A stretch of 25,482 nt of DNA, taken from positions 1 through 25,482 of the IMG/VR virus record IMGVR_UViG_3300030376_007365. One strand, given 5' to 3'. Shown piece after piece: positions 15,054-24,120 of this stretch (position 1 is its first letter; each line of letters opens with the position of its first letter). Source of the stretch: a virus. Its lineage: Duplodnaviria > Caudoviricetes. The notes under the pieces are model-generated. The model saw only the letters and a program-made list of their open reading frames with translations, made no database searches and had not been told where the DNA came from. Made by a program: the position numbers and the translations under genes.

Positions 15054-17927
15054 TTAGAGTCTTAGTAGTTTTTTCGCACCCATACCCGTTGCCATTCCAC
15101 CAATACTGCCAATCATATTCATCATACCTGCATCTCTAGTTGCATCTGCTGCAACTCGTGCATTGTACATATTTGCAGCGTTAGTAGCTTGATTCTGTAT
15201 AAATCCTAAACCGCTTTCTGGGTTTAAATATTGTGGTGCTGAGTTAAGTCCGTAGCCAGCTTGTCCAAACACAGATTGCCCGGCTTGCAAGCTTCCTCCT
15301 CCTCCTCTGCCAAGTACTGCTTGAAATGGATCAAGAGTAGATTGGTCTTCTAGTGCTGCAAGTCCTCCAGCAGCTTGAATATATCCAAGAACACCTGATT
15401 GCTTTAATTGCTCGTTTAAGCGTTGGGCATCCATTGTTGCACCTACATCAAACTGACTTGCTTGCTGGCGATTTTGTGCGTCCCGTAATGCACCCTGTTG
15501 CGCTGACTCTGCGCCATAAAGTGCTGCTTGTTGCTGGGCTTGTTGGTTTGCCATTAAGCGAGCCTGGTTAAGTTGTGCTTCAGATAATTCTTGACCTAAC
15601 CCAGCTTCAAGATTTGTAGCGCGAGCTTGTTGTGTAAAACCAGCATCTGCCATTGCTTTTTGCTGTGCCAAATTTGCACGCAACTGCTCTTGCCCTAGAC
15701 CAGCTTGTAATCCACTTTCCTGCCTTTGTTGCTCGCTTGCTAAGTTAGCTAGGTTAGCTTGCTGTGCAAAGCCTGCCTGTGCTTGTTCTCGTCCTAGTCC
15801 AGCTTGCACGCCAAATTCTGCTGCTCGATTGCTTGCTTGTTGGTTGGCAAGTGCAGCGTTTAGAGCTTGCGTAGATCCAAATTCTGCTGCTCGGTTAGTT
15901 GCTTGCATATTAGCAAACTCTTGTGCTTGTTTTTGTTGTGCAGATAATGCTTCTTGTGACAGACCTGCTGCCATACCAGCTTGTAATGCTTGGTTTTGTG
16001 CAGCTTGGTTCGCAAGTTGCGCTTGCATATCCTGCCCGGAAGAATACTGAAGCGCTTGGTTCTGTGCTGCTTGATTTTGCATACTAGCTTGCAAAGCACG
16101 TCCTAAATCAGATTCCTGCAACCCTGCTTCTTGCCCTAGTGCCTGTTGTGCAAATACCCGGTTTTGCATTTTGCGTGCGTTGTCTTCAGCAACCCTTGCT
16201 TGCGCTTCAGCAATTGCACCTTGCTGATCAAATGTTCTGCCCATCATGGTTGATCTTGCACGTGCAGCTTCCGCAATTTGTCGCTCCTCACGATCTGTCA
16301 ATCCTTGGTCAAGTCCAGCCTCTGCATCTGCCATTAATCTAGCACGCAAACTATCTGCTTGTATTTGACCACCATCTAAGCCTGCAACTGCACTATACCC
16401 TCTACCCTGTACATTTGCAGATGGCGCGTAGGATGTTGCTGCACTCAAAGCTAGTGGATCTGCTGCTTGTGCTGCTGTGTATCCAGAACCTTGCACATTC
16501 GCAGATGGTGTGTAAGTTGTACCAGCGGTTAAGGTCTGCCCGGTAACTGGGTCAATTGCATCGTAACTTGTGTCAGCAGTTAAGGATAATGGATCACCAA
16601 CTGTTGCTCCTGTCATACTAGGAGATACACTCAAATCAACAGGCGTGTCTAGCGTTGCTGCATCAAAAGTTTGTCCTCCTACCTCTCCACCAAACGTTGA
16701 ACCTGTTGGTACTCCAATTGCCCCTGCTCCCGTTAATGCGTTTCGCTGCGATTCTAGTACTGATCTTGCAGACTCAAGTGCTTCCTGAGTACCTGGCTTG
16801 TAGTCTTCCATTATATCCTGGTATGTACCAGACAAGCGAGCAACATCTTCCAAATCACGCTCACGTTGACGAGACAAGTTGCCTGCTTGGATGTCCTCGC
16901 CAAACGCAGAAAGTCCTAAAAACTCACCATCCTTCGTGTAACCGGCAGACCGCCCTAAAGACCCAAAAGTTTCGGGCAATTCTTTACCTTCAGCTTTACC
17001 GAATTCTTCATAGTCACTTTGTCCAAACTCTTCGATTGTGCGGGTGTCACCTTTTGCTTTTGCAATTTCAAATGAGCGAAGGATATCGCTATTTTGCCGA
17101 ACATATTGCTCGTAATCGGGTCGCATTCCTTGAAGTTCACGCTTGTCTCCGATCAAGTCAACCATGCCGTCTCCTGTGCGCTGGGTAGGTAGCGTGGTTA
17201 CTTCTGTTGTGCCTGCTTTTGAGGCATCTTGTATTATGTTACCATCTGTGTCTTTTGCGTAGATTGGTGCGCCTTCACCTGCTGAAATTTGATAGTTAAC
17301 AGAAGAACGTCCATTTCCTTGTCCTTCAGTAGTACCTGAAAGATATCCACTGCCCTTAAGATTAGTAGCAAACTGTGATTTTACTTCATCTGGGACATTT
17401 TTTAAATCTTGTATTTTATTATTAAGTTTAGTGCTTAGTGCTTTTGGGTCATAAGAAGCAAGAGTTTTGCCCTGATTATCAATAGGATCATAAATTGGTG
17501 TTTCCTCTACAAAGGTCAATAACTTGCCTTCTGGTGAATATAATTCAAATCTAACTTTATTTGACCCTTTACTATTAAATCCTTCTACAAAGCTTTTGGT
17601 ATCTCTGTCATAATTTTGTACTGATTGCTTAATCTCATATCCAGGTGCTTCCTCTCTTCCAATTACAATACGTCCATTAGCATCATAAGTTACCTCTTGC
17701 TCTCCTCCACCTGTAGTACTACCAAGCAAAGTCTGCCTGAGTACATCTGTGTCTGTCTGTGCAGTCTTCTTGCGGACTGATTCTTCGAGTGGAAGCAAAG
17801 ATTCAAGTGAACCTGTACTTGCAAAGTCACCTGTGCCTTTCAGTAATTCTACTTGCGCTTTAAGTGCGTCACGCATTCCTTCGCCATATGAAGGCTGACT
17901 CGGCTGATTGTAAGTATCTCCACTCAT
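15054..17927 (-). CDS. DNA pilot-like ejection protein, 957 aa
   Basis: Ala/Gln/Asn-rich repeats and a Gly/Met hydrophobic C-terminus; first gene of the ejection trio. Confidence 0.65.
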   Translation of the reverse strand: MSGDTYNQPSQPSYGEGMRDALKAQVELLKGTGDFASTGSLESLLPLEESVRKKTAQTDTDVLRQTLLGSTTGGGEQEVTYDANGRIVIGREEAPGYEIKQSVQNYDRDTKSFVEGFNSKGSNKVRFELYSPEGKLLTFVEETPIYDPIDNQGKTLASYDPKALSTKLNNKIQDLKNVPDEVKSQFATNLKGSGYLSGTTEGQGNGRSSVNYQISAGEGAPIYAKDTDGNIIQDASKAGTTEVTTLPTQRTGDGMVDLIGDKRELQGMRPDYEQYVRQNSDILRSFEIAKAKGDTRTIEEFGQSDYEEFGKAEGKELPETFGSLGRSAGYTKDGEFLGLSAFGEDIQAGNLSRQRERDLEDVARLSGTYQDIMEDYKPGTQEALESARSVLESQRNALTGAGAIGVPTGSTFGGEVGGQTFDAATLDTPVDLSVSPSMTGATVGDPLSLTADTSYDAIDPVTGQTLTAGTTYTPSANVQGSGYTAAQAADPLALSAATSYAPSANVQGRGYSAVAGLDGGQIQADSLRARLMADAEAGLDQGLTDREERQIAEAARARSTMMGRTFDQQGAIAEAQARVAEDNARKMQNRVFAQQALGQEAGLQESDLGRALQASMQNQAAQNQALQYSSGQDMQAQLANQAAQNQALQAGMAAGLSQEALSAQQKQAQEFANMQATNRAAEFGSTQALNAALANQQASNRAAEFGVQAGLGREQAQAGFAQQANLANLASEQQRQESGLQAGLGQEQLRANLAQQKAMADAGFTQQARATNLEAGLGQELSEAQLNQARLMANQQAQQQAALYGAESAQQGALRDAQNRQQASQFDVGATMDAQRLNEQLKQSGVLGYIQAAGGLAALEDQSTLDPFQAVLGRGGGGSLQAGQSVFGQAGYGLNSAPQYLNPESGLGFIQNQATNAANMYNARVAADATRDAGMMNMIGSIGGMATGMGAKKLLRL

Positions 17928-18268
17928 CTTAGTTTTCTCCTTTGAATTTTGTTAAAATTATACCACTTGACATCTTTGTTTTTTGTCACTCTTGACCAAC
18001 CTACAAATGGAAGAGGGTATGGGATTTTAGAAATAAAATCAGATATGGAATTTTCTCCTACTGCAAATCTAACATACCATGCGTCTGGGCAAGTTACATT
18101 CCATTGCGTGTCTGGAGTGCCGTTGTCTTTTCTTACTGCTTTTCCAAACATTAAACTGTGTGGTGTGATAAACACATATCCACCAAGCGTGGCGTATGCT
18201 GCAATATCTTTCATTAGATCATCACCAATCTTTTCATAAAACTTTAATGCTTCTATGAAAGGACTCAT
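17924..18268 (-). CDS. hypothetical protein, ~114 aa (T7 gp13-like position)
   Basis: Likely start ATG 18268 (ATGA coupling); lies between the tail and ejection genes; function inferred from position only. Confidence 0.6.
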   Translation of the reverse strand: MSPFIEALKFYEKIGDDLMKDIAAYATLGGYVFITPHSLMFGKAVRKDNGTPDTQWNVTCPDAWYVRFAVGENSISDFISKIPYPLPFVGWSRVTKNKDVKWYNFNKIQRRKLR

Positions 18269-18489
18269 GTAATTTCCTTTGTTGGAATATCTGCGTCTTC
18301 TTTGAGTAACCATAGAGCAAACATTCGATGTATCCCATCTTTCACTTTTCCATCTTTTAAAAGGATTGGTTCTTTTATGCCGTTTTCTTTTATGTCCTGT
18401 GCAAGCACAAATAAAGGCAAGCTCTCACGAGCAACACGATTCCAATCAATGTTGTATGGGCCAGCCTCAAATAATTCGTTTAATTTCAT
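18265..18489 (-). CDS. stand-alone ParB/Srx-like N-terminal domain protein, 74 aa
   Basis: LAQDIKENGIKEPILL...DGIHR motif; start ATG 18489 is TAATG-coupled. Confidence 0.65.
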   Translation of the reverse strand: MKLNELFEAGPYNIDWNRVARESLPLFVLAQDIKENGIKEPILLKDGKVKDGIHRMFALWLLKEDADIPTKEIT

Positions 18490-18767
18490 TATGAAATTGT
18501 CGCTCCTAATGCGACCACTTTCCAATTTGATCCATCACTCACTGCGACTGTTGCAGCACCTGCGTTTCCATCTGTTACGTAGATCATTTGTCCGGCTGGA
18601 GATGCGGATGGCACACCTTCAATGGCGTATGATTTGAGTGTCATAATTGCTCCACTAATTTCATCAATTGTAACAGTTGGTTTACCAAGTTGATTTAAAT
18701 TGGTAGAGGTAATATCCACACCTGTTTCATATGTAAAGCCTGGCGTAACTGTTGCAGTGATTGTCAT
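18489..18767 (-). CDS. small tail-associated protein, 92 aa
   Basis: Thr/Ala/Gly/Val beta-rich; ITSTNLNQL and AVSDGSNW resemble fibre/needle segments. Confidence 0.6.
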   Translation of the reverse strand: MTITATVTPGFTYETGVDITSTNLNQLGKPTVTIDEISGAIMTLKSYAIEGVPSASPAGQMIYVTDGNAGAATVAVSDGSNWKVVALGATIS

Positions 18768-20398
18768 TATGCAACTTCCCTTCTTGCTGCTGCCCCTACC
18801 CCAATTGCTTCTAATGCAAGATGTCTAAAGCTCGGTCTGCCTGCGGTGACATTGATCTCAACATTTGCCCCATACCCACGGGTACGACCCGTACCAAAGC
18901 GGAAGAGTGCTTCTTCTGTTCCGTCTGCTGTGTGGCTCAAAACTGTGGTGCTAGAGTCCGGGTCAAGTGTGTTGACCTTGATGTTAAATGCATCGTTATT
19001 GACTGTGTTTGCACCCACTTGACCACGCTTCCATGATTTCACTCCAATGTCTCCAAATGTGAATGAGCGTGATACAAGTTTACCTGCAATAGCAGTTGTG
19101 CCGGATTCGCTTGTACTTCCTATCTTGCGACCAGAATCATCTATGGAGTTTTCTTCCATGAGGTAAAACCCGGTGTCATTACATGCGAATAATCTGCGTC
19201 TTGTTGGTGCAGATCCGTGGGAACATACTACCCAATCATCAACATGGAATGCTAGACTACCTGACATTGCCGGATAGGAATCAACACTTGTCCAGGTAGA
19301 TGTGAGCAGATTAAATATAAATATCTTGTTTGGTACTGTTGAACTACCTGTTGGTACGGCAAGATAGTATTTGTTGTCATACACCACACCACATGCAGTA
19401 TCTGCTGCTGCGAAGTTAACCTCATCAAATTGATCCTGTATGGGTCTGGTCATGGGTATGGTTTCGCCACTTATTTTTGAAATAGCTACTCCAAGTCCCT
19501 TTCCTGGATCAGTACCAGGTGACAAGACGATGACCCCATTGTCTGATAGGAAAAATGTTTGTGGGCCAGACTGTGCGATTGATTTACGTGCCACACATCC
19601 ATGCTGACGAGTAATCTCGTAAGTGTTAGCTGCACTTACTGTCGCAATATTATTTATCATATGGATGGATGACCTTGTAAACACGATCAACTGATCTTCT
19701 TGATAAGGCATGTATCCAATTATTTGCCCATTTGCTGTTCCTCGATTGATTCTAAATTGCGCGTCTGAAGGAGTGAACACATCAGTCGAAAGCAAATTAC
19801 TCATCAGTACAGTATAAATAGAATCTGTGGGTTGTGGGATTATTAAACGATTGCGAAAAAATATACCAAAATCCGTGTTTGGACATTGAATGTTCCCACT
19901 ACCTGGACTTGCATTTGCTTTGACCACAAAGTCATTGCTTACATCTCCATCCCATTCAAGTGGTGTTTTATTTTTACCACGAAACAAGATGAGTTTTTCT
20001 AATGCCTGCACAAAGCTCGCGCCATCTGCCGTGGCCACAACTTCACTGCCTGGATAATCAATGTCGATGCCTGAGTTATTTGCATCATTCCATAGGATTA
20101 CTTTATCCTTAGTTGCAACTGCAATGTACTCATTTCCTGTTGCAGGATCTGAATAAACCGAAGCACAAAATACCATTTCATTCGTGCCATTATAACTAAG
20201 TGTAACTGCACCAGCCAAGAAATCTATACCTTTGCGTACCTCTGCAAGGTCACCAATCAAGCGCATATTCTCGCTTGTCTGTACAAAGCCCGGTTCTAAA
20301 CTTGTTGCTTCTTGGTAACTATCAATACCACGAAATCCACGATCCCCATCTTGAAGAACTTGGTCATCTAGTCTGCCTGTTGTGCGATAGCGTGCCAT
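18767..20398 (-). CDS. tail nozzle / head-stabilisation protein (P22 gp10 or T7 gp12-like)
   Basis: 543 aa, beta-propeller-like; HGCVARKSIAQ...FFLSDNGV resembles podovirus stabilisation proteins; synteny agrees. Confidence 0.75.
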   Translation of the reverse strand: MARYRTTGRLDDQVLQDGDRGFRGIDSYQEATSLEPGFVQTSENMRLIGDLAEVRKGIDFLAGAVTLSYNGTNEMVFCASVYSDPATGNEYIAVATKDKVILWNDANNSGIDIDYPGSEVVATADGASFVQALEKLILFRGKNKTPLEWDGDVSNDFVVKANASPGSGNIQCPNTDFGIFFRNRLIIPQPTDSIYTVLMSNLLSTDVFTPSDAQFRINRGTANGQIIGYMPYQEDQLIVFTRSSIHMINNIATVSAANTYEITRQHGCVARKSIAQSGPQTFFLSDNGVIVLSPGTDPGKGLGVAISKISGETIPMTRPIQDQFDEVNFAAADTACGVVYDNKYYLAVPTGSSTVPNKIFIFNLLTSTWTSVDSYPAMSGSLAFHVDDWVVCSHGSAPTRRRLFACNDTGFYLMEENSIDDSGRKIGSTSESGTTAIAGKLVSRSFTFGDIGVKSWKRGQVGANTVNNDAFNIKVNTLDPDSSTTVLSHTADGTEEALFRFGTGRTRGYGANVEINVTAGRPSFRHLALEAIGVGAAARREVA

Positions 20399-20548
20399 TC
20401 ACTTGTTCTTTATTTCTTGGTAGAGTTTTCTACCCATGTACACAATGGTTATGATACCTGCGATACATCCAAATAAACTATCAAGATGAGACAGACCAAA
20501 GGTGGCAACTGTACCACCCATACCTAAGATTGCAGTACGATCTATCAT
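20399..20548 (-). CDS. holin-like membrane protein, 49 aa (not in ORF track)
   Basis: MIDRTAILGMGGTVATFGLSHLDSLFGCIAGIITIVYMGRKLYQEIKNK: hydrophobic segments and a basic C-terminus; TAATG coupling. Confidence 0.6.
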   Translation of the reverse strand: MIDRTAILGMGGTVATFGLSHLDSLFGCIAGIITIVYMGRKLYQEIKNK

Positions 20549-20664
20549 TAGAACAACCAATCTAAGATGATGATGCCAACAATTAGTCCTACGAATACAG
20601 TTAACATTTGTGCTTTTTTTGACATGTCCAAGAACTTGTCACGTAATATTTCTAAATTTCTCAT
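20548..20664 (-). CDS. single-pass membrane peptide, 38 aa (not in ORF track)
   Basis: MRNLEILRDKFLDMSKKAQMLTVFVGLIVGIIILDWLF; coupled at both ends. Confidence 0.65.
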   Translation of the reverse strand: MRNLEILRDKFLDMSKKAQMLTVFVGLIVGIIILDWLF

Positions 20665-21116
20665 GGGTTACGGGAAGGTGGTTTGACAGGAAATGGTGCG
20701 CGAGTAAGGTGTTTTTCTGCTTCTGTTTTTGAGCATTGGCGAGCAGTGCGTTTGGCAATGAAGATTGGTATGGCAAGGTAACATCCTAGCAATACTGCTG
20801 CTCCAATCAGAATTTTTTTCACGTAAGATGTAAATTCAGCAAATCCACTTTTATGTTCTTCCATACCTTGTGCGACAAGAGCAGATACATCTCCGTGTGA
20901 AAGTGCTTCAATAGTTTCCTCTGCTTCTATGAGGGCATCTTTGTTCTTAAGCGCCTCTCCAGCTAGGACACCTGCACCAGCAGATAGTCCACCAACTAAT
21001 GGGCCACCGATACTTCCGGCAGCACCACCAGCTAATCCTCCCATCAATGGGTAGGTGGAGCGCAAACTGCACCCTGTTAGGCAGATAAGCAAAAGGACTA
21101 TGGTAGTGTAAATCAT
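20661..21116 (-). CDS. lipoprotein with glycine zipper and C-terminal TM segment (u-spanin-like)
   Basis: Signal peptide with lipobox LTG-C16; GGLAGGAAGSIGG zipper; TM segment ILIGAAVLLGCYLAIPIFIA. Confidence 0.65.
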   Translation of the reverse strand: MIYTTIVLLLICLTGCSLRSTYPLMGGLAGGAAGSIGGPLVGGLSAGAGVLAGEALKNKDALIEAEETIEALSHGDVSALVAQGMEEHKSGFAEFTSYVKKILIGAAVLLGCYLAIPIFIAKRTARQCSKTEAEKHLTRAPFPVKPPSRNP

Positions 21117-21355
21117 TCGGGTGGGAAATTAGGGTCAGTCCATTCGCTAGTTGCTAAAATAGTCAGTATTTCAGAATGAGTGTAAGTATCCTTGCCATAA
21201 AGAAAACGAGGTTTTGCACCATCATACTTTACAAATGTTTTAGTGTTAGCTGGACTCACATTATATCTGATTGTATCTGAACTAGTCTCCTCCACTTGAT
21301 CAAAGTCCACGGAGTCTACTTCGTCCGCATTTATTATTACATATTTTCTGCTCAT
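21113..21355 (-). CDS. conserved small phage protein, 80 aa, following the LamG gene
   Basis: YVII...VDFDQV.ETS..T.RY...YTHSEIL..L...EW resembles proteins seen beside LamG genes in aquatic phages. Confidence 0.7.
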   Translation of the reverse strand: MSRKYVIINADEVDSVDFDQVEETSSDTIRYNVSPANTKTFVKYDGAKPRFLYGKDTYTHSEILTILATSEWTDPNFPPE

Positions 21356-21361
21356 AATTTA

Positions 21362-22138
21362 TTAAGATGGTACATCGGTTGAAAAGGTCGGGCCGTTGGT
21401 AAGTGTGCCGTTGTTACCTCCACTACCTTGGTCTGTGATAGTCGTTCCCGTTGCACCGTCATTGTCTCCCATTCTCCACCAACCAACGGGGCTAAAAGTG
21501 GAAAGGTCACCAGGTATTCCATTCGTTCCCCCACTTCCTCCATTTTCCTCACCTTTATAAATGTTAGTAATTTGTGATGACGATAAAACAGAGTCGAACA
21601 CGGAAAATTCATCAATTAACCCCGAAAAAGGTACAAATCCAACTGAGGTCATAGTACCTGTGCCGCCAGCAAAAGTTAAGCTTGATGCCATTGTAGCTCT
21701 ACTTAAAGTACCTGTCCCATCGCTCGATCCGTTTAAGAATATTTCTACATCGTTCCCTGAAAAAGTTACTGCCCCATGATACCACGTGTCAGCAGAAAGT
21801 GTAGTTGATCCGCTAACCCTAGAAAAATAAATTTCAAAGCTGAGTTTAGAGTTTAAAATCTGCACAACCCTAGATTGACCACTTGCAGCATTTCCCCAGC
21901 CACACATAAAGTCGTATCCAGCTAAAGCGTTAGATGTAGGTTTAAACCATACCGATATTGTGAAATTAGTGTCTAAGGAAATGGCAGATGTACCCATCAA
22001 AAGGTAGTCATCCGTACCATCAAAGCTTACGCTGTATTGGTTTGCGAATGGAGTGCCTCCACCACCAGATGTTCCACTACTAGTAGCAGACTTACCTCCA
22101 CCTAGTCCAAGACCAAGCGATATGGTCGAACTTCCCAT
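21362..22138 (-). CDS. LamG/concanavalin A-like domain virion protein (fibre or receptor binding)
   Basis: YSVSFDGTDDY, FTISVWFK, WYHGAVT, FSGLIDEFSVFDSVLS and GWWRMGD motifs. Confidence 0.88.
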   Translation of the reverse strand: MGSSTISLGLGLGGGKSATSSGTSGGGGTPFANQYSVSFDGTDDYLLMGTSAISLDTNFTISVWFKPTSNALAGYDFMCGWGNAASGQSRVVQILNSKLSFEIYFSRVSGSTTLSADTWYHGAVTFSGNDVEIFLNGSSDGTGTLSRATMASSLTFAGGTGTMTSVGFVPFSGLIDEFSVFDSVLSSSQITNIYKGEENGGSGGTNGIPGDLSTFSPVGWWRMGDNDGATGTTITDQGSGGNNGTLTNGPTFSTDVPS

Positions 22139-22139
22139 C

Positions 22140-22394
22140 CTAGATATTGTAGGCTATTACAGCACCACTTGTTAAAGTAATGCTCGTAAAGTTTCCGTAG
22201 AGGCAAGTGCCAGCAGATAACGTGGTTGCATCCTGCCCGGTGCAAATATCATCCAGGTTGGTGATGTTACTCACTTGGGCTGCAAGCACTGTGTCTTCTG
22301 TTGCTTGGATCGCAAAGAATTTACCTGTATGTGCCGCAGTATCATTAATGTACTCGCCTCCATTTAGTCCTAAACCTCTGTATTCTGATGCCAT
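22140..22394 (-). CDS. small beta-rich virion protein, 84 aa
   Basis: TLSAGTCLYGNFTSITLTSGAVIAY pattern; located in the structural operon. Confidence 0.65.
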   Translation of the reverse strand: MASEYRGLGLNGGEYINDTAAHTGKFFAIQATEDTVLAAQVSNITNLDDICTGQDATTLSAGTCLYGNFTSITLTSGAVIAYNI

Positions 22395-22408
22395 AATGTT
22401 TGTTCCTT

Positions 22409-23245
22409 CTATGCCGAACTAACGGCAGTTGTTCCGTACGTAATTATTTGTAAAGGGGTTGTTTGCCCCTCTTGTCTCTCAAGTTTGTCCAACTCGGTTT
22501 GTATGATTTGTTCCGCTTGTTGGTAAATAACCCCTGCTTTTTCGGTCTGGCCGTCTGCCTGTAACCAATCTCCGTAACTTCCCACTACCGCATACTCGCT
22601 GAATATGTATGGGAAGTCACTTGCTCCACTTGCATACTCTGGAAAGGGTGCGCGATAATAAACCCATACAGGTGCGGTTGAACTGCGATCTGGTAGTATT
22701 GCTTCTCCGTAATCACTTGCACCTGTTACATATACATTCTTGTATGCGATGTCAGATATTGTGCCACTACCATATGGGTCATTCTCAGTGACCCGGAATA
22801 TCTCGCTAATCGTTGTGCCAAAATCAATGTAAGTAAGCATACTTGCAGTTGCTGTTGCTCCACTTCCACCACCACCACTAAAACTAATGGTGGGTATGCC
22901 TGTAAATCCTGTGCCATTGTTGGTCACTGCAACTCCATTTACTTCTCCATCGCTATTAATAGTTGCAGTGGCTGCTGCACTTGAGCCTCCTCCACCACTA
23001 AATGCAACAGATGGTGCAGAGGTATAGCTCGCTCCTCCACTACCAACCTGTACGCTTCGTACACGCACATCTGGTATGACTTGCGTTATACGTGATACAA
23101 ATGGCCATGCAGTTCTGTCCCACGCCAATTTGCCAAAGCGATTGAAACTGCGTACAGCAGCAGTTGTTTCAGCAGTAAGGAATGAATCCACGCCAACCAT
23201 ACTTACTAGGTTGGTCAACATAGTGCTTACTGCTGCTCTTCTCAT
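22409..23245 (-). CDS. head-tail adaptor (T7 gp11 / P22 gp4-like) with inserted Gly-rich domain
   Basis: Helical N-terminus with AWDRTAWPF and C-terminal FPYIFSEYAVVGSYGDWL...KA, typical of adaptors; synteny agrees. Confidence 0.7.
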   Translation of the reverse strand: MRRAAVSTMLTNLVSMVGVDSFLTAETTAAVRSFNRFGKLAWDRTAWPFVSRITQVIPDVRVRSVQVGSGGASYTSAPSVAFSGGGGSSAAATATINSDGEVNGVAVTNNGTGFTGIPTISFSGGGGSGATATASMLTYIDFGTTISEIFRVTENDPYGSGTISDIAYKNVYVTGASDYGEAILPDRSSTAPVWVYYRAPFPEYASGASDFPYIFSEYAVVGSYGDWLQADGQTEKAGVIYQQAEQIIQTELDKLERQEGQTTPLQIITYGTTAVSSA

Positions 23246-23598
23246 GCGAAGCTTGGTTTGTCAAAACCTCCAGATACGAAGGTCTTCTTAGAAAATGATT
23301 TGGCTTTAAAGCTAGGATTATCACGTAGCATTTCATTAACGAACGCCTTGTCTCCCCAACAGCCCTTTTTATATTGATCCCAACGGAAGAACTCACGGGC
23401 AGGTATAGTCGCTTTTAACTGACCAAGTCCCTCAACCTGTCCACCAAGTTGATTCTCTTTTCCAACTTCTATCTCACGTTTCTTTGCTTCGTACTTTTCC
23501 AAGTCTACTTCGTAACGCAAGTGCTTCTCCAGGTTCTTCATAAACTGCGTTCCGTTGCCCTGAGATGCTTTCCACTTTGGTATGAATATTTCTGCCAT
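23242..23598 (-). CDS. conserved hypothetical virion-module protein, ~118 aa
   Basis: Likely start ATG 23598, because the longer ORF runs through the terminator; motif ATIPAREFFRW...CW.D..F...RDNP. Confidence 0.7.
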   Translation of the reverse strand: MAEIFIPKWKASQGNGTQFMKNLEKHLRYEVDLEKYEAKKREIEVGKENQLGGQVEGLGQLKATIPAREFFRWDQYKKGCWGDKAFVNEMLRDNPSFKAKSFSKKTFVSGGFDKPSFA

Positions 23599-23613
23599 GA
23601 TAAAATGATGTGG

Positions 23614-23646
23614 AAAAGGGAGTGACCCGCATTGCAGATCACTCCC
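23614..23646 (-). terminator. Rho-independent terminator after the capsid genes
   Basis: Minus strand GGGAGTGATCTGC-AAT-GCGGGTCACTCCC-TTTT: 13-bp stem with two G-U pairs. Confidence 0.75.
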
Positions 23647-23662
23647 CAAATCCTAATTGCAA

Positions 23663-24091
23663 TTAAGCAAATTGACCAAGGTCAACGATACGTAATCCGA
23701 TAACAATCTCTCCAGCAGTTGCTGATGCAATCGCTGCGTCTGTTACTTCCAAGATAACGGAAGTTGCGGTGTTTGTTCCACCGACAGGTTGTGATTGTCC
23801 ACCTGTGAATGCGTCTCCTGTGTTGAAAACAGGTGCAGACATTGCGTCTACATCCAAGGCATCGATAAACTCATCCGGATCACCTGTTGATGTTCCTACG
23901 TCAATGACGAGGGAGGTTGTACCTGCAAATGCAACACTTTCGTACACACCTGCCATTTCAACTGCACCACCTGCGGGTATAGTTGCTATGGTCAATTGTC
24001 CACCATTGCCGATAGTTTGAAGGTCTTCAAAGGTAGCGGTGTACACATGTGTGAAACCACGTCCTGCTTCATTATTTGATAATTCTGGCAT
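23663..24091 (-). CDS. putative capsid decoration/minor capsid protein, 142 aa
   Basis: Directly follows the capsid gene, upstream of the same terminator; beta-rich with IPAG and DVGTSTGDPDEFIDA; AAGGAG SD. Confidence 0.65.
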   Translation of the reverse strand: MPELSNNEAGRGFTHVYTATFEDLQTIGNGGQLTIATIPAGGAVEMAGVYESVAFAGTTSLVIDVGTSTGDPDEFIDALDVDAMSAPVFNTGDAFTGGQSQPVGGTNTATSVILEVTDAAIASATAGEIVIGLRIVDLGQFA

Positions 24092-24120
24092 ATCTTAAAT
24101 CTCCTTTATGTTAAGTGTTA

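Noticed and set aside
21352-21615. Same-strand alternative-frame ORF (87 aa) within the LamG gene
   Set aside because: No motif or start context, unlike the RusA case where both frames carry family motifs.
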